Source of the DNA: Octopus bimaculoides
Lineage: Eukaryota
Direction: 5' to 3'
DNA length: 46,154 bases
Assembly: GCF_001194135.2 (NCBI RefSeq)
Contig: NC_068982.1
Span: 174,039,803-174,085,956, forward strand
A program made the translations under genes and the position numbers. The notes beneath the pieces are model-generated. The model was not told the DNA's origin. It saw only the letters and a program-made list of their open reading frames with translations, and did no database searches. Positions 36,171 to 46,154 of the stretch are shown here, piece by piece. Positions within the stretch are counted from its first letter, which is position 1; each line of letters opens with the position of its first letter.

Positions 36171-36422
36171 TTGTAACCAAAACAAATTTCTTTACTGCCC
36201 ACAAGGGGCTACACACAGAGGGACAAACGGATTAAGTCGATTATATCGACCCCAATGCGTAACTGGCACTTATTTAATCGACCCCGAAAGGATGAAAAGC
36301 AAAGTCGAGCTCGGCGGAATTTGAACTCAGAACGTAGCAGCAGACGAAATACCGCTAAGTATTTCGCCCGGCCTGCTAACGTTTCTGCCAGCTCGCCGCC
36401 TTGTAACCAAAACAAATTTCTT
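36171..36422 (-). mobile_element. SINE with alternative 3' tail and ~20-bp target-site duplication
   Basis: Head and core match 514-727, but the 3' end is ttaatccgtttgtccctctgtgtgtagccccttgtgggcagtaaag. The direct repeat ttgtaaccaaaacaaatttctt lies at 36171-36192 and 36401-36422. Confidence 0.9.
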
Positions 36423-37214
36423 GCAAAACTGTCAGAGAAGAATATACAGTTGTACCTCTCTGAAACTGTGATTTAAGAGCTGAGCAGTTTGTTAGACAGA
36501 GTCAATTTTATTAAATATAATTTTACATAAAATGATTGCTTTTACATAGGCACAAGGCCATACGTTTGAGAGGTAGACATAGTCGGTTATATCTATCCCA
36601 GTACCTGAGTAGTATTTTATTTTATCGACTCCGATATACACACATACACACATTTTTTTCTATTTGCCCACTTCCCCTCATTCTCCCAGAAGTTATGAGA
36701 AATGATTCTGCCTGCCAAAATTCTGTGCAATAGGAATGAAACCTTGACCTCATGAACATGAAGCAAACTTCCTAATTATCCACACACACACATACACACA
36801 GGAATACACGCATACAAGGATGCACACAATTTCACTCAACCCAGTTTAACTCACTATATCAGGAGCTATGATAAATGACTCCTCCTCACCCTCCCACAAG
36901 ATGCTATGCAGTAAGATGGAAACAAGAGCCTCATGGTTTCAAAACGAACTTCTTAACCACTCATGCACATACACACACACACACACACACACGCATGCAC
37001 ACATGCACACATACATACATACATACATACATGCATACATTCATATATACGTAGGTACATAGGTACGTACGTTCGTTCGTACATAGGGCTAATTCATGCA
37101 TTACAAGTGTAATCTGTGAGCGAAACAGTAAAAATATGCAAGACTTTTCTCAAGTTCCAAATGTGAACTGAATTAGTCTGTGTTAACTACATCCCAAAGA
37201 TGAAGCCTTGTATT

Positions 37215-37700
37215 TTTGTTGGAAACTGGCTCTCTCCTCAGTGGAATATTTATAATGATAAAAAAAATAGAGGAGACATACATACGCTCAAAGAGAATTC
37301 TATAATGTCACCTCCAATGGCTGAATGGAATATTGACTTGTCAACTTTACTAAGGAATATTGATTTCGTCTACCACAATACACGATGCATCAAATAATCG
37401 TTGCCCTGGTTTAGATGCATACAAAATTACATACAATGACATTCGCACAAGCATAAAAAGAGCAAGGTAGCGAATTTGCAGCGTTCTCGGAGCGTCGGAT
37501 CGAACATCCTGCGAAGTTTTTCCCGGCATTTTGTTCTCTGAGTTCAAACCTCGCTTCCGTGTTTAATAAAGTATCAATCCAAAACTGTTTGTTGGTAAAT
37601 TTCTTGAGTAGTTTGAGTACTCTACAACCCATGAAGGCTTACTTGTAGTGTGGTATCAACATCAGCTGCATTTGTCCCAAAGGAGTCTACGAAGGAATTT
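37215..37700 (-). pseudogene. Very degenerate RTE-like reverse transcriptase fragment
   Basis: ..LLNTEARFELREQNAG..GCS.., FDA.., ..CMSPLFF, in the order expected for RT domains 2-4. Confidence 0.4.
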
Positions 37701-39264
37701 AGAATCTTCGTCTTGAGATCTTTCAATTATATTTGCATATCATTGTGGGTTTTTTTCCAAATAATCAATGAACACTAAAATATCATCCTCTTGCAACTCC
37801 TCCTCAATAGTGGCAATAGTTGAAAAATGCCTCTATTCCTTACGTCCAATGTTTCTCATAAATAGATTAGGTTATCCAAGGAAAGCACTAGTAACCTTTT
37901 TGCGAATCAATAGAGTTGTATTTGTTGCTGTTTGTTGAGCAAATTTAGCTTTTCTAATATATCTGAAAGGCAGATTATCTCACATTTGGCAGCTAGGCTC
38001 CATTTTCAAGCCGCTTACCATTTAGAAACATTACAACTTTGTCCCAAAGTTCAACGAAGTGACGAAGATAATTACGTTTGCAGATTGTCACTGGGAGTAT
38101 GAACTTCAAAACGTAAAATAATATTTAATTCATACACTTCCCAATGTCAACTTAATACTGTATACATCAATGATATTGTATTATAGAACTGTGAAATGTA
38201 TCCAACTGTATTTTGTCATGACGATAATTAAGATTTAGAAAATGCATTATGTATATATGTGTATATGTATCATTTTGTGTATAAAATTTTAAAGATATAG
38301 AGAGTAACAGAAGATTTTAATAAGAAACAAACCTACCCACTGAACATATGACCCATCACCAATCTCAAAAATTTGTTGTCGCCTCATTGAACATGACCAC
38401 AACCCCAGGCTGGAAAATACTGCACCATTAATAATACTAAAAGCATTCGAAATTTGATAAATTTCTCTTTTTTCTCTCGAAACTTTTATAGCATTTGTTA
38501 CCTTCTACTTAAGGTTATTAATCTCTATTTCCTGTTCTTCCTCTTCTTTTTTTCTTTCTGCTTTGTTTCTCACTTTTTTCTCCCTTTCTGCTTTTCAGCC
38601 ATAAAATTACATTTTTGCGACCAATAATTTCATACGCTATAGAATTGGACTCTACCACATTTTATCAAAAAGCTATTCTTTCACATATAGAAGCTGAAAA
38701 CCTTGTAAACCTGAAGCCCAAGCTAACTCTGCCTTGATCTCATGTACTAATTCGGCATGCGTATCAACAGTGATTTTAAAATTTAAATGCACTTCCATAT
38801 ATATACATATATACATATATACATATATACATTATACATACATATATATATATATATATANNNNNNNNNNNNNNNNNNNNNNNNNNNNNNNNNNNNNNNN
38901 NNNNNNNNNNNNNNNNNNNNNNNNNNNNNNNNNNNNNNNNNNNNNNNNNNNNNNNNNNNNNNNNNNNNNNNNNNNNNNNNNNNNNNNNNNNNNNNNNNNN
39001 NNNNNNNNNNNNNNNNNNNNNNNNNNNNNNNNNNNNNNNNNNNNNNNNNTGTATATATGTGTGTGTATATATATATATATGCATATATATATGTATATAT
39101 ATGCATATATATTTATACATATATGCGTATGTATACATATATATATATATAAAATGTATATATTTATATATACATATGTTGTAATAAATACTTGCATACG
39201 TGCATGAATATATGTATATTCATGCAGCTATACAATTACATATAAGTACACATTCACATATCTA

Positions 39265-39300
<36 letters not shown>

Positions 39301-39741
39301 TCGCACACACACACACATACATACATAAAAGCACACATACATAGTGGATGCATACATATATTTCATTGTAAATTATTCTGCGTGCGACGTGGGCTTATGC
39401 GTGTGTAAACAGTGCTTGACAAAGATCAAATATCGATTTGCATTTAATTGTATATACTTTATCAAGAAAGGATTTCAAGGACAATAATTAACCAAAGTGA
39501 ACAGAGAATTGTAAGAAAAGTTTAGATATAATTATATCATAAAAGTTCAAAATGTAGACACCCACTTTCAAGTCATGTTAATTATACTGACACCAAAATT
39601 ATCAGCCAATAATCAGCACATTAAATAACTTTGTAACTATTCTGTACAAACATAAGCGTTAAAGACACAACCTCTAGTAACAGTTACTCCAAAAATAAAT
39701 ATTTTACATTAGTAACTAATACAGCATATGGAATTACTGTG

Positions 39742-39990
39742 AAGGTGCGTGGCCTGGTGGTTTGGGGTATACGGGTCATGAACGGAAGGTCGTGTGTTTA
39801 TCTCTCGGCGGCGCTTTGTCTGCGGGCAAGGCACTTTATTTCACGTTGCTCCAGTCCACCCAGCTGACAAAAGGAGTAGTATTATCTGTATTTCAAGATG
39901 GTGTCTGTGAAGTGCTTAGCAACTGGTGCCTTAACTTCACCGGCATGATGTTCCGTTGATCAAATTAACTGGAAACCTCATCGTTGTGAT
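39742..39990 (+). mobile_element. tRNA-derived SINE (third variant), degenerate
   Basis: gtggcctggtggtt (A-box-like), gggcaaggcactttatttcacgttgctccagtccacccagctg core. Confidence 0.55.
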
Positions 39991-40661
39991 CGATGGAGTG
40001 GCAAGAAATATGGGATTATTAGTCTACACAACTGTTACCAAAATCATGATATATTCTACTTTAACTGTTATTGTTATTTCTACTGGTGTTTTCATTGTCT
40101 CTATTGTTGTTGTTTATCCCCCATGACAGACCTGAGAGAACAGACCTACCATGAATGACATTCTAGGCGTTCCAGAACTATTGTGAATGACCATACCATC
40201 ATTCATACTTACCAACGTGTCCTGTTTCGAGAGAGTAGAAATATTTGATCGCAACTAGAAGCTACAACCTGAAGTCTCATTCATCTGTCTCATATCGTAC
40301 AACAGATAAAAGGTTTTCTGTCTAAACATCTGTCGCACATTCAAGCTGTGCAAAATAATACCAACACATACCAGAGACGCTTTCACCCAGATATCTCTTA
40401 AATGGAAATCTTTGAAAACTATGCGAAGAGAATAGAAAAAAATATTAGAAGCCATTGTGTTGTGGTTAACGAACTCTGCGTTCGGTAAACAAACATCAGG
40501 GGAAAATATGATGTTTCAGATTCCATAATAGCATATTGTAACTTGTAACATTTAAATTGATCAATCATTAGAACCAATATTTAACATGGACTTGATAAAA
40601 AATATACAGTACGGTAAGAAAATCTATTTAGATACGATCTGTATGAACTGGTGCGGTTTGT

Positions 40662-41041
40662 CTCCTTCGAGTAAAACCATCAATAGAAGAGAATATGACC
40701 AAGAACTGCGTGTTCTCCATTCCCATGCAGCTGTGGTAAGTTATACAAAGGCGAAACATGCCACTCCCTCATAATAAGGTTAGACGAACATCGCAAAGCT
40801 GTGACACGGGGAGATATTGATAAATCGGGTATAGCTGATCATGTATGGAAAAATGGAGACCACCTCCCCCCCGTTGAATGAAGTTAGAATAATAGACAGA
40901 GAACACCACTGGAAAATACGAAAACTAAAAGCAGCAGCACATATGCTAGGACAGAACTACCTCCTAAGCAGACCGAGTACAGATATGAACAGCATATGGG
41001 AACTGGTATTAAGTAAGGATAGGAGAATGTTAGATTTATAA
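40662..41041 (+). pseudogene. Penelope-like GIY-YIG endonuclease C-terminal fragment
   Basis: With 2 frameshifts: KNCVFSIPCSCGKLYKGETCHSLIIRLDEHRKAV..KSGIADHVWK..NEVRIIDREHHWKIRKLKAAAHM..SIWE. Confidence 0.85.
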
Positions 41042-41071
41042 GCTCTAAAATTCACTCCACAATTACCTACG

Positions 41072-41128
41072 GACATTTGGCGTAGTGGTTAAGAGCGTGG
41101 GCTACTAATTCTGAGTTCGATTCCAGGC
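41072..41128 (+). promoter_or_regulatory. tRNA-like Pol III promoter module within the PLE 3' region
   Basis: A-box TGGCGTAGTGG at 41078-41088 and B-box-like GAGTTCGATTCC at 41113-41124. The anticodon/variable region is shortened, so this is not a functional tRNA. Confidence 0.6.
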
Positions 41129-41170
41129 ATAATAATAATAACAACATCAAAAAGTTCAAAATTTCCTCAA

Positions 41171-41216
41171 GACACCTGATGAAAGCTGGAGGGTATATCA
41201 GCCGAAACGTTGTGTT
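41171..41216 (+). ncRNA. Minimal type I hammerhead ribozyme motif
   Basis: GACAC-CTGATGA-A-AGCTG(GAGGGTATAT)CAGCC-GAAAC-GTT-GTGTT. Stem I GACAC/GTGTT, intact core boxes, palindromic ACGT stem III. Position 10.1 is A opposite C. Confidence 0.75.
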
Positions 41217-41308
41217 AACAACAAACAAGATGAGGACAAATATCCGTCAAATGTAAATAATGTTCAAAATGTAACGGCAGACGAAATGCCGCTAATAAGA
41301 ATAATAAT

Positions 41309-41476
41309 CTTTTCTGCTCTAGGCACAAGGCCTGAAGTTTTGGGGGAAGGGGCTAGTCGTTTAGATCGGCCCAGTACAAAACTGGTACTTAGTTTATCGA
41401 CCCCGAAAGGATGAAAGGCACAGTCGACATCGGCGGAATTTGAACTCAGAATATAAAGACAGACGAAATGCCGCTA
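41309..41476 (-). mobile_element. 5'-truncated (ATT)n-tailed SINE
   Basis: Tail and core are intact; the copy ends at acgaaatgccgct|aataataat. Confidence 0.85.
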
Positions 41477-42131
41477 ATAATAATAATAATAATAGCCACA
41501 AAGCTATGATTTTGAAACAGATGGAGGAGATTAAGAACAGTGTTTATTAACATTTTTTATATATTCATTACCATTATTACTACTTCGATATTACTCCGTT
41601 CTAGAAATCAATATTTTCTTACTGCTTTAGTGAATTTTATATCTTCTCAAAATATTATCACACTTTCTTATTGCTGGATTCCAATCCAATCACCTTTTTT
41701 ATGATTCCACACATAGTAGAAAATGATGTGTTACAAACAACTGAAATCGATATATTTTTATTTTCAATAACCGACATTAAATACATATAACAATAAGAAC
41801 CTATCATTGTTGTTGTTGTTGTTATTATTCAATATTGAATGTGCTTCAAATTTGGCTTGTAGCAGATTGGTTGTTTTTGTTGGAAACTCTTCGTTTTATT
41901 TTAATTTGCGGGTGGCATTTCATTAAATAAGGAACCTTACTTGACAGTGTGAAGGGAGAGGAGCAGTAAGTGTGAACCCTCTCACATGACAAAAATTTCA
42001 CCACTTCATAAATTTTAATGTTTAAATGCAAGAGACATCAAAACACACACCCACTAAACCATATATAATTGAAGGAGTGGTAAGAATTTCTCTGACTACG
42101 ACACAGAATATCGGTAATAATTATAATAATA

Positions 42132-42339
42132 ATCCTTTCTTCTATAGGCACAAGGCCTGAAATTTTGGTGGAGGGGACTAGTCAATCACCCCAGTGTTTC
42201 ATCGGTACTTAATTTATCGACCCCGAAAGGATGAAAGGCAAAATCGACCTCGGCGGAATTTGAACTCAGAACGTAGCGACCGCTGAAATACCGCTAAGCG
42301 TTTCGTCCAGCGCGCTGATAATTCTGCTAGCTCGCAACC

Positions 42340-42340
<1 letters not shown>
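42132..42340 (-). mobile_element. (ATT)n-tailed SINE, full length
   Basis: Matches 514-727 throughout; (AAT)n on both sides. Confidence 0.9.
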
Positions 42341-42415
<75 letters not shown>

Positions 42416-42416
<1 letters not shown>

Positions 42417-42695
42417 GAATGTGGAATCTAAAAACAGAAACACTTCCTATCATAGTAGGTGCCTTAGGTATAATAAAAAAATATTCAGACAAATACATAA
42501 CAAAAACACCAGGACTTACAAATATATATAACATACAGAAAGTTGCACTACTGGGCACTGCACACATCCTACGCAAAACACTTTCAATACAGTAACCATA
42601 AGAGCACCACAGCAAACCACAGCACATACCCAAGGCGCACAGAGCTGCGCTCGGTAGTGAAGTGAAAGCACGTTATAAAAATAAAACTACTGAAC
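42416..42695 (+). mobile_element. R4/Dong-type LINE family A, 5'-truncated 3' end
   Basis: RMWNLKTETLPIIVGALGIIKKYSDKYITKTPGLTNIYNIQKVALLGTAHILRKTLSIQ*, then 3' UTR. (AAT)n on both sides. Confidence 0.9.
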
Positions 42696-42720
42696 AATAA
42701 TAATAATAATAATAATAATA

Positions 42721-42755
<35 letters not shown>

Positions 42756-42897
42756 AATAATAATACTGACAACAGGCTGCTGTCCGCTCTCATAAAATCA
42801 ACCGCAGCAAACAAGACAGAGCGCTCTGAGAAGTAAAACAACAACAATATTAATAATAATAACTATTATTACTATTGCTGCTGTTGTTGTTGTTGCT

Positions 42898-43107
42898 ATT
42901 CAGTAGTCTTATTTTCATCACGTGCTTTCACTGCACTACTGCGCGCAGGTCTGTGTGCCTTGGGAATGTGTTGTGGTTTGTTTGGTGTTGTTATGTTCAC
43001 TGTATTGAAGGTGATTTATGTAGGATGTGTGCAGTGCCTAGTATTGCTATTTTCTGCATGTTATACGTATTTGTAGGTCCTGGTGTTTCGGTTCTGTATT
43101 TGGTTTC

Positions 43108-43109
<2 letters not shown>
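42898..43109 (-). mobile_element. R4/Dong-type LINE family A, older 3' fragment
   Basis: Minus strand: ETPGPTNTYNMQKIAILGTAHILHKSPSIQ*, with a UTR homologous to 42593-42695. Confidence 0.85.
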
Positions 43110-43174
<65 letters not shown>

Positions 43175-43356
43175 TAAGACGTCTCACATTATCCAATCTC
43201 GTGATGTTATTGATTGAAAATATTGTATCTACCAGTTGAAGTGTCTGTCAAGTCACAAGACCTCAGACAGTCAGTACTTTATGCAATATGCGTGCAGTTC
43301 CAAGTAATGCCGATTTTTGAAATACGCCTAGATTGTACGGTGTTTCTAACATTTCT

Positions 43357-43387
<31 letters not shown>

Positions 43388-44585
43388 GTAGATTGGGTGA
43401 TATTGAACCTAATGCTCCGATGGTAATAGGGACAACTTTTATGTTTGACTCTCGTAGCTGCCACATCTTAGTGATCTGAAGTCTCAGATCTCCATATTTA
43501 TCGATCTTTTCTCATTCTTTCATGATGATATGTTGATCTATTGGCACTGCCATGTCAGTTATTAGGCACTCTTGTTTGTCCTTCCTAGAGGTTACTATAT
43601 CTGGCATTCAGTACTCTAACAATTTGTCTGTCTGGAAGTCAAAGTCCCAGAGGATCTTTACCTTCCCCTTTTCGTCCATTACCTTTTCCGGTGTATGTTG
43701 GTACCAAGCACCCGTTACCGCGTATCCATACTTCCGGTAGCAAGTGAAGGTTTTGGGATACCTTGTAGTGTCTGTGCTTGTACTCTCTGCGCAAGACTTT
43801 CACAAGCACTAACAATGCGAGTCACGCTTTCGAACCTATTCCCTCATACTCGGCACAGGTTTGTTACATGTGTGTGGTATATATTTCTTTTCCCTGAGTT
43901 GGTACTCAATGTCTGATCCTGGGCAGCGATGACTAGGCTTTCAGTATTCTATTTTAGGTCACCCTTGCTGAACCACCTCCATGATGCTTCCTGGTCTTTT
44001 AAGTTGTTAGCTTCACAGTTGAACTGACCATGTAATTCCATATGAGGTAGGGTTTCTTCTCTCTCGTTGGCTGTTCGTGATCGGAATTCATGAACACTCT
44101 CAAGTCCATTTTTGTTAATTCTCTCTACACTAGCAGCATACTGTAGTAGGTCTTTTTTGCTGTTTACCAAATATTCTGCCATATTTCTTGTTTCATTGTT
44201 GATGCACTCCCATACACTAGTCAGCACACGTCCACCTTTACCCATCTTCATGTAGAGCCTGTGTACACTCACCTTAGGGTGGAGGGCACCATGCATTGTC
44301 ATTATCTTTTAGGTAGTGCGATCGAGTTGGTTAATTTCCGCTTGTGTGCATTTTAGGATGGGAACACTATAGCAGACTACAGCAACAGCCCATATGTTGA
44401 TGGCAGTCACTAGGTTCCTTGAGATGAGTTTTGATTTCAAGGGAAGTTTGAGGCGCTTGAAATATACAGTGATGACCTTGTCTTTCATTTCTCTGTGCAA
44501 GATATTGTCCAGCTCCAGGATCTTGTGGTACTTGTACCCATCATCATCCATTCTCTCTCCGTTTGGCAATTCTATGCCCCTACAA
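43175..44585 (-). mobile_element. R4/Dong-type LINE family B, 5'-truncated (end of RT, CCHC, RLE, 3' UTR), pseudogenised
   Basis: YKY..ILE, KLISRNLVTAINIWAVAV, HGALHPK..VHRLY..MGKGGR.L, W..KGDLK*NTESLVIAAQDQ, CRV*..ESVTRIVSAC, KILWDFDFQTD, PDIV..DMAVP..EKIDKYGDL, VVPITIGALG, QKSALLGTARILHKVL*. (AAT)n in sense at both ends. Confidence 0.92.
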
Positions 44586-44633
<48 letters not shown>

Positions 44634-44646
44634 CATCATCATCATT

Positions 44647-44699
<53 letters not shown>

Positions 44700-44712
44700 T
44701 ACTATTATTATA
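44584..44712. repeat. Compound (ATT)n/(ATC)n microsatellite
   Basis: Directly visible; the source of the poly-Y/H and poly-L/S ORF artefacts. Confidence 0.95.
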
Positions 44713-45696
44713 TTTATGTTTTGAGATTATAACAATCATGTTAAAATGTATTTCTATATAGGTTATTGAACACTTACCGACAAATCTTATTCATAAGAAA
44801 ATTTCAAGCAAAATATTATCATTTGCCTTGAATATTTTATCTAATAGAAATATTTATGTTAAGAAAATGCATTTCATTCCATATCAAAATGCAGGTGACT
44901 AAATTTACGAGAAACTTTTGATAAATGATTTGGGAAACGAGTTACGCAGAACTATTAAATTGCTGCAAAAATAATTACTTTTTCTTATATTAAAACCGTA
45001 TGCATATTTTGGAATATAATCTTATATATCATTTTCAACGCGATGTCGGTCTATTGTTTTATCCTATTGGCTCTGCTTTCGCGGTTTATTTTTGATTAAC
45101 TGAGGCTTTCGAATAAAAGAAGGAAACAAAATGAATTCGAGCGATTTAATTGTATGGGTTCAAAACAGAACGCAAACAGAAAACTGCTTTCAATAATAAC
45201 CAGGCATCTGGCTAAGGGGTCTTTCAACAAACGAACATACAACTGAATATTAATTTTAATACTGTGGTGATAGAGACGTGAACCTTCGAAATAGAAAGGT
45301 CGCGAGCAACCTTTTGCAATTGAGAGCTACTAATTAAGAGCTTTTATTTGAACTAGACTCACGTGGAACAATTCGAGAACTTGCATTGTTGAACGTTGCC
45401 CGGTCAAACTGTTTGTTGCTTGTAATACATAGGGCAGTAAACAAAATATCGATAAATAGGAAAAAGAAACGGAGTGCCCCAGCTGGTCTAGCTACCAACT
45501 AATAAGCAATACGCTTCTTTTGCTCCTCAAAAGTGATCAATTTCATAACAATTTGGGGAAATATAGTGAAAAATAGATAGTGTACACCTATCGGCGTTCT
45601 GAAGAAGTTGATAATGTTATTGTATAAATTATATACTTAATTTAGAAATATGTATAAAAAAATAATGCTGAAGTTGACCAGTAACTTTTCTAAAGT

Positions 45697-45790
45697 TGAT
45701 TGGTACAAATCTAAAATTGATCGGTACAAATATAATATTGGTCGGTACAAGTCCAATATTGGTCGGTACAGATCTAAAGTTGGTCGAAAA
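45697..45790. repeat. 21-bp minisatellite, about 4.5 copies
   Basis: Units ttgattggtacaaatctaaaa / ttgatcggtacaaatataata / ttggtcggtacaagtccaata / ttggtcggtacagatctaaag. Confidence 0.85.
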
Positions 45791-46123
45791 ACCCTACGCG
45801 TTGATTGTTTCCTATAAGCCTTGTGAGTGGTTTTGGAAGACCGATACTAAAAGTAGCCCGTCGTATATATATATACATTTATCTTTTACATGTTTTAGTC
45901 ATTAGACTGCGGTCATGATAGGACACTGCCTTAAATAATTTTTAGTAGAATAAATCGACCCCCAGTACTTATATTCTTTTTACTTTAAGCCCAGTACTTG
46001 GAGCTAATCAACGGCAGCATTCGTCCTATTGTTCTGGACTGTCAAGTTAGCTTGGCGATAATTATTAATATACAGTACCGCTGCCGTAGTCTCCTTTAGA
46101 GAGATTTAGAAATAAATAAATAA

Positions 46124-46154
<31 letters not shown>

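Noticed and set aside
40205-40213. ATACTTACC as the 5' end of a U1 snRNA gene
   Set aside because: The following sequence does not continue as U1; it is better read as a minus-strand splice-donor-like motif.
44773-44845. Minus-strand exon ending at a GTAAGT donor
   Set aside because: All three frames from the nearest acceptor contain stops.
45697-45790. CRISPR-like array or 7-aa repeat protein
   Set aside because: Contiguous degenerate 21-bp units with no spacers in eukaryotic context; a simple minisatellite.

Overview
AT-rich, microsatellite-dense eukaryotic non-coding DNA with 11 assembly gaps. It is most likely an Octopus (coleoid cephalopod) scaffold; this is inferred from recalled SINE families and repeat style, not from a database search. 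I can support no intact host protein-coding gene, rRNA, genuine tRNA or CRISPR array. Almost all supplied ORFs are artefacts of (TA)n/(CA)n/(GA)n/(AAT)n repeats or N runs. The window is a layered transposon graveyard: two tRNA-derived SINE superfamilies; R4/Dong-type restriction-like-endonuclease LINEs sitting in (AAT)n; RTE and L1/Tx1 fossils; at least four Penelope-like element (PLE) remnants (two Naiad-like); five mariner/Tc1 remnants; MITE- and HINE-like elements; and fold-back palindromes. The most notable signals are four hammerhead-ribozyme-like motifs at PLE termini (one downstream of a tRNA-like Pol III head), an in-frame TGA at a zinc-ligand Cys of a Naiad-like PLE (possible selenocysteine relic), a SINE whose 3' tail variant goes with a different target-site signature, and an internally deleted R4 derivative.
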